Shown piece by piece: positions 1-12,000 of a stretch of 64,000 bases of DNA (position 1 is its first letter; each line of letters starts with the position of its first letter). The notes beneath the pieces were generated by a model. The model was not told the DNA's origin. It ran no database searches and was given only the letters and a program-made list of their open reading frames with translations. A program made the position numbers and the translations under genes. This DNA comes from an uncultured Verrucomicrobiae bacterium (GTDB lineage Bacteria; Verrucomicrobiota; Verrucomicrobiia; Limisphaerales; JAFGQR01). The stretch spans positions 96,001 to 160,000 of the forward strand of contig CAWBHS010000057.1 of the NCBI GenBank assembly GCA_963788655.1. The letters are read 5' to 3'.

Positions 1-1
1 G

Positions 2-3000
2 CGTATTCCAGCGCACAATTCCGCTACGAACCTGAAGCTCTTGATTTGGGGTGGCGCCCAAGAATCGCTGGCCGGCTTTGCCCGGTTGGTCCAACAGTCG
101 CCTTCGGCCGCTTCGCTCGAACCATTGACCCATGGCGGTCCCGCACATTGGAATCCCCAACTCACCACCCACGGCAAGCTGGGCGCCGACGATGGTCCCT
201 ACGCCATCGATACGCTGACGTGCCCGGAGCAAAATCCGTGGGATTCCTGGATGCGTTTCGGCGGGGTGGACTTTTTCGCGGACGGCAAACGCGCGGCCTT
301 GGGTACGTGGAGCGGCGATGTCTGGATTGTTTCCGGCATCAATGGCGCGCTCGAAAAACTCACCTGGCAACGGATCGCCACGGGCCTGTTTCAACCGTTG
401 GGCTTGCAGATTGTGAAGGGACAAATCTATGTCCTGGGCCGCGATCAGATCACGATCCTGCGCGATCTGAACGGCGACGGGGAAACGGACTTCTATCAGA
501 ACTTCAACAACGACTGCTTGGTCAGCGAGCACTTCCACGAGTTCGCCTTGGATCTCAAGACGGACCAAGACGGCAACTTCTATTACATCAAATGCGCCCG
601 GCACGCCTTGCCCGCGTTGCACCCGCACCACGGCACGTTGCTCAAGCTGCCGCCGGATGGCTCGAAACTTGAAGTCGTGGCGCGCGGCTTCCGGGCCGTC
701 AACGGACTAGGCGTTGGCCCAAATGGCGAGTTGACCTGCGTCGATAACCAGGGTTACTGGATGCCGGCCAACCGAATCAACTGGATCAAACCGGGCGGTT
801 GGTACGGCAACCAATGGGCGTGGAATCCCGAGAACCGCACCAACTACGACGAACCGCTTTGTTGGGTCCACAACTTCGTGGACCGCTCAGGCGGCACGCA
901 CTTGTGGGTGCCCACCGATCAATGGGGGCCGTTGCAAGACCAACTCATCACCTTGTCCTATGGCATGGGACGCATGTTCCTCGTATTGAAAGAAGAGGTG
1001 GACGGTTTGATGCAGGGAGGCTTGACCCGGTTTCCGATGGAGTTCGACACCGGAGTAATGCGGGGCGTGTTCCATCCGCAGGATCATCAACTCTACGCCT
1101 GCGGACTCTATGGCTGGGCGGGGAATAAAACCAAGCCCGGCGAATTCTATCGCATTCGTTACACCGGAAAGCCATTGAACATGCCGCAGCACTTGCACGT
1201 GGCCAGCGACGGGATGCTGGTCGGCTTTTCCGATCCGCTTGATCCCACCACGGCCACGGATTCCGGCAATTATGACGTGAAAGTGTGGAACTACCATTGG
1301 ACCGCAAACTACGGCTCGCCTGATTTCAAACCCAACGGGCAGGAAGGCCGTGAAACGTTGCCCGTCAAGTCCGCTACTCTGTCCGCCGACCGCAAGACGG
1401 TCTTCCTCGAACTGCCCGGCATCCAACCGGTCATGCAAATGCACATCGTCTTCAATTTGAAAGCGGTGGATGGTTCGCCAATCCAAAACTTCGTTCACAA
1501 TACCATTCATCATCTGGGACATAAACCCGGCCTGGAAATGCTCGGGACCGGCGCTTTGGCGAGCACGACTGGCGCCCAAATTACCCTGGCGCACGAAGCT
1601 CAGGGACTGATCCAGACGATCACCCGCCTGGACGAGCCGGCGCAAAGCGACATCCGCCACGCGCGACTGGCTGCTCTGTACGTTCCTGACGGCGCACCGC
1701 TGACACCGTTTCTTGACGCCGGAAGATGCCGCGTCCTTTGGTCCGGTTACCTAAAAATGGATCTCAATGACCATAGGGTTTTCGAGCCGGAAGGCGTGGG
1801 GACGTTGCGGCTGCGGATCAACGACCAACCAGTCCTGGACGTTCCCGAGGGGAAGCTGGACGGCCACGCCACGGCACCGGTTGCGTTGCGCAGTGGCCTC
1901 AACCGTTTCGAAATGACCTACCTCAGTCCGCGCGGCCGGGACGCCGAAGTGCGCCTCGCCTGGTCGTCCCCCGGGGTGCGCCGTGAACCGATTCCTTCGA
2001 CGGCGTTCGTTCACGATCCAACTCAACCAGCCTGGCGGGAAGCGCAATTGAAGCGCGAAGGCCGGTTGATACTTGCTTCCCGCCTTTGCTTGAAATGCCA
2101 CACGGATGGATCGCTTACCATGGTCACTTCCGAACCTGCCAACGCCATGCCCGAACTGAGCATGGACGCACCGGCGTTGGACGGAGTCGGCGACCGGCTT
2201 AAAGAAGCCTGGTTGTCAGAATGGCTCCGCAATCCAAGAGCATTTCGCACCGATTCGTTCATGCCGAAAATGTTGCACGGCTCTCCCGTTGAAATCACCA
2301 AGGATGCTCGTGACTTGGCAGCCTTCCTGGCTTCGCTCCAAAACGCTCCGCCGACCGCTAAGACCCCGGTCGCGGACATTACTTCGCCGACCTCGTTTGG
2401 AGCAGGCAAAAAGCTGTTTGCCGATTTGGGGTGCGTTGCTTGTCATCTGCTGCCGGGCGACCAACCGGTGGACAATGATCCCCGCCAATCCCTGGCGCAC
2501 GTCAAAGCCAAATGGCGTCTTCCGGCCTTGATGGCCTTTCTGCGCAATCCCACCCAGTATTACCGCTGGAACCGCATGCCGGATTTTCAACTGACCGAAA
2601 CCGAAGCCACGGTGCTGACCGCTTACATCCTTTCCCGAACCGAATCGGAGCCAACCGCGGATGCCGACCTCGCTCCCGCCGACGCCGAACACGGTCGTCA
2701 ACTGGCCATCAATTCCGGTTGCTTGAACTGCCATACGCTGAAGGGCGTGCAGAGCGAATTACCTGTGCCGACCTTGGTTGAACTCCAGCCCGGCAACTGG
2801 CGACAGGGTTGTTTGTCCGTTGATGCCTCAGTACAGTCGAAGGCTCCGGACTTCGGGTTCACCACCGAGCAGCGAAGCGCTTTGATCCAATTCGCGCAGA
2901 CGGGAATTCCCGCCGCGTTGCGGCGCACAGTGCCTTCCGAATTCACTGCCCGCGAGTATCGACAACTGCGGTGTAACGCCTGTCATTCCCGCGACGCCGA

Positions 3001-3652
3001 AAGCGATTTGTGGTCCAGTCTGAAACCGGAAAATGCGCTGGCCTTGGAAACCGTCGCCGCCAATCCCTTCGACAGCGATGATGAAGCCGAAGCGCCGTCA
3101 ACAGGCAGCGTTCACGTCGGACGGCCCAACTTGAGTTTTGCTGGAGAAAAACTATATGCCGATTGGATGAAACGATTCTTCACCGGCGTCTTGCCCTACA
3201 AACCGCGCTCAACGCTCCAAGGCCGCATGCCCGCGTTTCCGGCTTACGGGACAATGCTCGCGTATGGCCTGGCTCATCAGCACGGCTATTCCACCACCAC
3301 CCCTCCCCTGCCCTCTTTCGATCCCGCCCTAGCCGCAGCGGGCCAGCGCCTCACGCTGGTCAACGGCGGGTTCAGTTGCATCTCCTGCCACGATGTCGGC
3401 AGCCAGAAGGCACTCGCGGGTAAAGACACGGCTACGATTAATTTTGTCCACATCGCCGAGCGGCTCCGTCCGTCATACTACCGGCGCTACATTCGCGATC
3501 CGCAGCATCTCATTCCCGGCACCATGATGCCCACCTTCATCGGGGAAGACGGCACCACCCCCATCAAGTCCATTTTGGATGGCAATCCCGAACGACAGTT
3601 CACCGCGTTGTGGAATTACCTACTCTCGCTGCGGCAAGAAACAACGAATTAA
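2..3652 (+). CDS. PVC-type multiheme c-type cytochrome fusion protein (sorbosone-dehydrogenase-like beta-propeller/DUF6797-like region + PA14-like domain + 5 CxxCH); 5'-truncated by window
   Basis: Frame is open from position 2 with no stop before 41. Propeller-type repeats (LFQPLGL, DLNGDGETD, GFRAVNGLG), a PA14-like segment (WSGYLK...LRINDQ) and five heme motifs (CLKCH, CVACH, CLNCH, CNACH, CISCH) with downstream MP axial-Met motifs. Confidence 0.85.
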   Translation, partial: RIPAHNSATNLKLLIWGGAQESLAGFARLVQQSPSAASLEPLTHGGPAHWNPQLTTHGKLGADDGPYAIDTLTCPEQNPWDSWMRFGGVDFFADGKRAALGTWSGDVWIVSGINGALEKLTWQRIATGLFQPLGLQIVKGQIYVLGRDQITILRDLNGDGETDFYQNFNNDCLVSEHFHEFALDLKTDQDGNFYYIKCARHALPALHPHHGTLLKLPPDGSKLEVVARGFRAVNGLGVGPNGELTCVDNQGYWMPANRINWIKPGGWYGNQWAWNPENRTNYDEPLCWVHNFVDRSGGTHLWVPTDQWGPLQDQLITLSYGMGRMFLVLKEEVDGLMQGGLTRFPMEFDTGVMRGVFHPQDHQLYACGLYGWAGNKTKPGEFYRIRYTGKPLNMPQHLHVASDGMLVGFSDPLDPTTATDSGNYDVKVWNYHWTANYGSPDFKPNGQEGRETLPVKSATLSADRKTVFLELPGIQPVMQMHIVFNLKAVDGSPIQNFVHNTIHHLGHKPGLEMLGTGALASTTGAQITLAHEAQGLIQTITRLDEPAQSDIRHARLAALYVPDGAPLTPFLDAGRCRVLWSGYLKMDLNDHRVFEPEGVGTLRLRINDQPVLDVPEGKLDGHATAPVALRSGLNRFEMTYLSPRGRDAEVRLAWSSPGVRREPIPSTAFVHDPTQPAWREAQLKREGRLILASRLCLKCHTDGSLTMVTSEPANAMPELSMDAPALDGVGDRLKEAWLSEWLRNPRAFRTDSFMPKMLHGSPVEITKDARDLAAFLASLQNAPPTAKTPVADITSPTSFGAGKKLFADLGCVACHLLPGDQPVDNDPRQSLAHVKAKWRLPALMAFLRNPTQYYRWNRMPDFQLTETEATVLTAYILSRTESEPTADADLAPADAEHGRQLAINSGCLNCHTLKGVQSELPVPTLVELQPGNWRQGCLSVDASVQSKAPDFGFTTEQRSALIQFAQTGIPAALRRTVPSEFTAREYRQLRCNACHSRDAESDLWSSLKPENALALETVAANPFDSDDEAEAPSTGSVHVGRPNLSFAGEKLYADWMKRFFTGVLPYKPRSTLQGRMPAFPAYGTMLAYGLAHQHGYSTTTPPLPSFDPALAAAGQRLTLVNGGFSCISCHDVGSQKALAGKDTATINFVHIAERLRPSYYRRYIRDPQHLIPGTMMPTFIGEDGTTPIKSILDGNPERQFTALWNYLLSLRQETTN

Positions 3653-3772
3653 GTGGCCGTGCGCCGTGCCGTTCGTGGTGTTGAAAATGGCTTTTCGACG
3701 ACTGGGCTGCAGAGTACTCCTCCCATCATGCTGGCCGGCCGCAACAACTCCAGAATACGCTTCGCCGAAATA

Positions 3773-3913
3773 GGGAGCACAGGCGCCCCGCCGGTTGGCC
3801 GGTGCGCCCCGCGCCGGCCGCGAAGGGAACGACGTTTTCGATCCGGGGCGGACGCCTGTCGGCGAAGTCAACGGCGAGGCGCCGTTGGCTGCGCCCGAGG
3901 CGGGCGCGCTCCC
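3773..3913 (+). repeat. REP/MITE-like palindromic element, family A copy 1
   Basis: GGGAGCACAGGCGCC...GTCAACGGC...GCGCCCGAGGCGGGCGCGCTCCC; a clearly homologous copy is at 46639-46778; intergenic. Confidence 0.8.
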
Positions 3914-3950
3914 CTTGTTGCTACCTGCTTAAACGCGAAACGATTCCAGA

Positions 3951-5606
<1,656 letters not shown>

Positions 5607-5673
5607 CATCTGGAATTGTCCCGATCGGCTTTGGGTACTGTGACGGTTCAGTTGATCGCCACCGAACCTCCCG

Positions 5674-5810
5674 CAGCGCTTGGAGTGCGTCCGGCTTGCC
5701 GGGGCTTTCAGTGGGGAAGAAATTACCAAGCTATTGCTGATGCTGCTTTGCTCCGTGTGCCTGCTCTGACCAACGAAAGCGGGAGCAAGCTCCACGCACT
5801 CCAAGCGCTG
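5674..5810. repeat. REP-doublet/MITE-like element, family B copy 1
   Basis: Perfect 17-bp terminal inverted repeats CAGCGCTTGGAGTGCGT / ACGCACTCCAAGCGCTG; related copy at 48407-48542. Confidence 0.85.
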
Positions 5811-6074
5811 GCGCGACCATCATAAGCGCCGGAATCTCCGCCAGGGCTTGGACTGCGCCAGCCCGCCAGCGCTTTCCCTTCACTCCGGGATGAGATTATG
5901 GTGTCGAGCGAGACTGACTTTGATCTCCATTTTTTCCAGAGAATTCCAGCATTGCTTTTTTGTTAGGAAATTGCCACAATTCAGCCCACGCAATAATCCA
6001 TGTAATCCCGGCTTTTCTTGGAGGCTGCTGTTTTCAAGGGGCTGTGGCGTCACGGCGTTGTAACAAATGTGCCT

Positions 6075-9000
6075 ATGAATGCAAAATACGTGCGAAAGGG
6101 GATCGTCTTCTTCGCCTCCATCAGCGTGCTCTTGGGAACCCAAATCGGCCACGGACAAACCGTTGGCATCTACCGCGAGCTATGGTCGGGATTGAGTACC
6201 AGCGACACCAGTTTGAACGCACTGACCAATCCCGCCGTCAATGCGAACTGGCCGGCTCAACCCAATGCCACCTACAGCAAGGTGTTCACAGTATTCGAGA
6301 CGGAAACGAACCTCATGGATGGTTACGGCGAACGGTTGCGGGCCTTCATCGTGCCCCCGACCAACGGGCAGTATGTCTTTTGGATTGCTACCGACGATAG
6401 CGGATTGTTGTTGCTCAGTCAGGACGAACGCCCGGAACACGCCGAAGCCATCGCCTGGGTCAGCGGGTACGCCGGCGTCCGGGAATGGGGCAAAGAAGGC
6501 AACCAGCAATCCGATCTGATCTATCTCGTCGGCGGGCGGCGGTATTACCTCGAAGCCTTAATGAAAGAAGGCGGCGGCGGCGACAATCTGGCGGTGCGAT
6601 GGCAATTGCCAAATGGCGTGATCGAAGAACCCATCAGCGCCTCCACCGCCAATGGAACCTACTTGATTCCGTTTCGAGGGGTGGACGCTCCGCCCGGCAT
6701 CTTCCGGCAACCGGCCAAGGTATCTGGCCTCGAAGGTGGCACCGCCACCTTTTCGCTGCTGGTGACCAATCAAGGAGTGGTGGCGTACCAGTGGCAGGTC
6801 GATGGCAATGATATCGAGGATCCGTGGGCTCTATTCTCGGGGCTCACGATTACGAACCTGAACTACAACCTGCACCACGGCCGGCAGTATCGCTGCATCG
6901 TCTCGAATGCCCTCGGCCTCACGATCAGCGATGCCGCGTTGTTGGAAGTGATTCCCGACACGACGCCGCCAATGATCGTCTCGGCGATGAATGCTTTAAC
7001 CACCAATGTCGTGGTCCGGTTCTCGGAACCGCTGAATGCCCTGAGCGCCGTCGATGTCGAGAACTATGCGTTCGATGGCGGAGTGATGGTCATGAGCGCC
7101 CTGCTGCTGGATGATTCGACGATGCTGCTCAACGTTTCCCCGCTGAGTTTCGGCACGGAATACACCCTGACGGTCAATGGCGTGCGCGACCGGGCAGCGG
7201 CGAGAAACCTGATTGCTACCGATTCACAGGTCAGTTTCACCGCGTTCGTCTTTGCGCCACAGGACGTGGGATCCCCGGAGCCAGCGGGTTCATCAACCAA
7301 TCTGGACGGCGGCTTTGATCTGGCCGGCGGCGGGCTGGGCATCGGAGGCAGCGCCGATCAATTCCAATTCAACTACCAGTTGCGCGTGGATGATTTTGAT
7401 GTCCGGGTGCGGGTGCAATCGCTGAGCGACCTGGACGCCTGGACGAAAGCCGGCTTGATGGCCCGTGAATCGTTGGACGGCGGCAGTCGCTTTGCCGGAG
7501 TATTCGCCACGCCGGCGCTGGCGGGGACTTTCTTCGAATCGCGAACGGCCACCAGCAATGCGACCACCATTTCGCAATCGTTTCCAGTCAGTTATCCCGA
7601 CATGTGGTTGCGGTTGCAGCGCGTGGGCGACCAGTTCACCGGTTACGCCGGGATGGATGGCACGAACTGGGTGCAACTCGGCTTGGTGACGCTGCCAGTG
7701 CGCCCAGTGTATCTGGGCGTGGCCGTGACGAGCCGCAACACCAATCAAACAGCCCAAGCGGAATTGCGGGAATTCTCGCCAGTCACGGAAGCCTCGGTGG
7801 GCGAATTGACTTATCGGGGCGAGCCGTTGGGACCATCGAGCCGGCGAACACCCCTGGTCATTTCGGAGATCATGTATCATCCCCGCCACCCTGCGGGCGT
7901 ACCGGGCAGCCTTGAATTCATCGAACTGTACAATCCGCAAGCCTGGGACGAAGACTTGAGCGGTCACCGCCTTTCGGGCGCAGTTGATTACGCCTTTCCC
8001 TCGGGAACGGTCATCAAGCCCGGACATTTTCTGGTTGTGGCGCGCGCGCCGGGAACAGTGCAAAACTACTATGGGATTACCGGTGTGCTCGGCCCGTGGA
8101 TAGGCAGCGAAACGAACAGTCTGCCCGGCGGGGAAGGGACAGTGCGGTTGCGCAATCCGGCTGGAGCAGTGTTGTTGGAAGTGCAATATCGCGGTGGCAA
8201 TCCCTGGCCCATCGCGGCGGACGGCGCCGGCCATTCGTTGGTGCTGTGGCGTCCGTCTTTCGGCGAAAACAATCCGCTCGCCTGGACGGCCAGTTACTGG
8301 AAAGACGGGTCGCCGGGGAAAGCTGAACCGTTTGCTCACGATGCCTTGGAATCCGTGTTCATCAATGAATTCCTGGCGAACTCGGAAGCGCCGCTCGAGG
8401 ACTATCTCGAGTTGTATAACCACAGCAATGACCCGGTCGATTTGTCCGGCGCCTACTTGAGCGACGAGGCGGATACCAACAAGTTCCAAATTCCCAGCGG
8501 CACCGTCTTGCCGCCGCGCGGTTTCCTGAGCTTCGGCGAGAGCACGCTGGGCTTTGCGTTGCGCGCGACGGGAGAACGAATCTTCCTGGTGAATCGTGAC
8601 GACACCCGGGTGGTGGACACCATCGATTTTGCCGGACAAGCGAACGGCGTTTCGTCCGGGCGAGCGCCGGATGGTTCGCCGGACCTTTGTGAACTGGCAG
8701 CCCGCACTCCCGGCGCGCCCAACGGTTCACCGTTGCCACGGGACATTGTGATCAACGAAATCATGTACAGCCCGATTTCCGGCGACGCCGATGACGAATA
8801 CCTCGAGTTATACAACCGCGGTGCGCAGCCGGTCGATGTGAGCTTGTGGCAGTTTGTCGATGGCGTGAGCTTCACCATTCCCAACCAGACACTGATGCCG
8901 CCGGGCGGGTATTTGGTCGTGGCCCGCAATCGGACCAACCTGCTGGCGCACTATCCCGGCGTGCTCACGGACGCCAACACGGTTGGCAATTATTCCGGTT

Positions 9001-12000
9001 CGCTGGCCAACGGCGGCGAACGGCTGGCGTTGGCCATGCCGGAATACACGGTGACCACCGACCCCAACACGTATGCGGTCACCATCGACACCAATTATGT
9101 CGTCGTCAACGAAGTGACCTACGGCGACGGCGGTCGCTGGGGAACGTGGTCCGATGGGGGCGGCAGCAGTCTCGAACTCAAGGATCCGCGCAGTGACAAT
9201 CGGCGCGCAGCCAACTGGGCGGACAGCGACGAATTGGCGAAGAGCGAAGGATTGTGGACCACCATTGATTACACGAACACGCTGGGCGAAACCCTCGGCA
9301 GCCCCATCAACGATAAGCTCCAAGTCTATCTCCTCGACGTGGGCGAATGTCTGGTGGACAACCTCGAAGTGCGCAATTCCAACGGCACCGACGTCAATTC
9401 GCTCGGCGCCAATGGCACCTTTGAATCCGGCCAATCCGGCTGGACGTTTCTCGGTTCCCACGACATGAGCACGGTTGACAACGTGGGCTTCAGCAGTTCG
9501 CATTCGCTGCACTTGCGCGCGGCTTCCCGCGGTGACAACGGACCCAACATGCTGCTTTCTCCCGCCTTAAGCTCCGCTACCGTCGGCCAGGTGGCACTGC
9601 GGGCCAAAGCCCGGTGGTTGCGTGGTTGGCCGGAATTGTTGTTGCGTGTTCGTGGCGGCGGTATCGAAGTATCCACGCGTTTACAGGTACCGCCCAATTT
9701 GGGCAGTCCCGGTTTGGCCAACAGCCGTCGCATTGCTAACGCCGGACCGGCGATTTGGGACGTGGTTCACAGTCCGATCCTGCCCGCCGCCAGTGAAGCG
9801 GTGGTAGTCACGGCGCGGGCCATCGATCCGGACGGCATCGCTTCCATGCGAGTGCGCTACCGGCTGGATCCCAGCACCACGTTTGCCACAGCCAACATGA
9901 TGGACGACGGCACTGGTGGCGACGCGGTCGCGGGCGACGGCGTGTTCAGCGCCACCCTGCCGGGCCAGAGTTCGGGCGCGACGGTTGCGTTCTACCTGGA
10001 AGGTGTCGATAGCCTGAATGCGACCAATCTGTTCCCACAGGTCGTCTTCCCCACGGGCGGTACCCCTCGGCTGTTCCCGCTGGACGCCACGTCGAAGGAA
10101 TGCCTGATTCGCTGGGGTGAGGTGCAAAAGCCCGGCAGTTTTGCCACGTATCATGAATGGGTCTCTGCGGGCAATTTCAATCGCTGGGACACCCGCGCGC
10201 CTGCGCTGAACAACGCCTTTGTCGATTGCACGTTCGTCTATAACAACTACCGGGTCATTTACAATGCGCAGGCCCGCTATGCGGGCAGTCCGTGGCATCG
10301 CGGGCAAATGGATTCGCCCACCGCCGCCAACCGCGTGGATTTTGATTTTCACACGCGCGAGGATGATCTGTTGCTGGGGGAGACGGACTTTGTGTTTGCC
10401 AATCCGGGCAATCCCAGTGGCACTACGTTCAGCGACCTCAGTCTCCAGTCAGAACAAACGTCGTACCTGATATTTAAAGCCATTGGTCTGCCATACAACT
10501 ACCGCCGCTACATCCACTTCTTTTTGAATGGCAGCCAACGCAGCACCACCTCGGACCGCACCGGCGACATGTTGATGGAGGACGCCCAACAGCCTAACGG
10601 CAGCGTGGTGTCGGAATGGTACCCAGACAGCCCGAACAATGAATTCTTCAAAATAGAAGACTGGTTCGAGTTCCCGGACAACGGCTTCGATTTTACCGCC
10701 AACAACGATGCCGATATAACCCGCCGCACCGTGACCTACAACAACCAGACCAGCCTGACCACCGCGCCCTACCGTTACATGTTCCGACACCGGTCAGTGG
10801 GCACCGGCCACTCCGCAAGCGACTATTCCCAATTCTTCCGGTTGGTGGACGCGGCCAGTCCGCAAGCGAGTCCCAACGTGACCCCGGTTGATGTGAGTGC
10901 CCTGGAGACGGTCGCGAACGTCGAACAATGGATGCGCATCTTTGCCTGCCAACACACCGTGGGCAACTGGGATTCCTACGGCTACCGCCGCGGCAAGAAT
11001 TCGTACATGTATCTGAACGGTGATGGCCGTTACGAAATCTTGACCTGGGACATTGACTTTACAGTGGGTCTTGGCGGTGACGGTACCACTCAATCGTTCA
11101 TCACCTATTCGACTGCACCCGATGTGAATGTCTGCACCGACCCGCGCATCATTGCCATGTGGGACGCGCCCGCCATTCGGCGCATGTACTTTCGCGCCTT
11201 CAAAGACATCATCGACGGCCCGCTCAACGCTTCGTATCTGAATCCGATCCTGGACGCCAAGGCGGCCGCCTTCACCATGAACAACATCACCTACGATGCC
11301 GGCCAGTTGAATACCATCAAGAGCTACATAACCGGACGTAACAGTTACATCGCCGGCCAAATCCCCAGGGCCGACTTTACGGTCGCCGGCAGCGAAGTGT
11401 TTACCAACGCCAGCAACCTCGTCACCCTGACGGGCACGGCGCCGGTTGCGGCCAAGTTCATCGGGGTGAATGGCCAGCGGTATCCCGTGACCTGGACCAC
11501 CGCGGTGGGTTGGCAGTTGCAGGCGGTCCTCGAACCGGGCACCAATGTGTTGAACCTCCAGGGTTACGACCGGACTGGTCAAGCCCTCACGTCTGCGGTG
11601 GCAACGGTGACGGTCGTTTACGAAGGGCCAATGGAAAACCCGGAAGACCTCATGGTGATCAGCGAGATTCTTTACCACCCGGCAACACCCGGAACGTCCT
11701 TTGTGGAGCTTTACAATAGCGCCCCCAGTCAAGCTTTCGATCTGTCGGGATGGCGGCTCAACGGGGCGGACTTCACATTTCCGGACGGAACCGTGCTTCC
11801 CGCGGGGCAATACTGCGTGGTAGTCGCGGACCGTGCAGCGTTCGCGCTGGCCTTCGGTAATGATGCGCCCATTGTCGGGGTATTTGCCGGGCAATTGGAC
11901 AACGGCGGAGAAACGCTCGCGTTGGTCATTCCGGGCACTGCCGGTCAATCGGATGTCATCGTGGACCAGGTCCGTTATGACGACGAGTCGCCCTGGCCTG

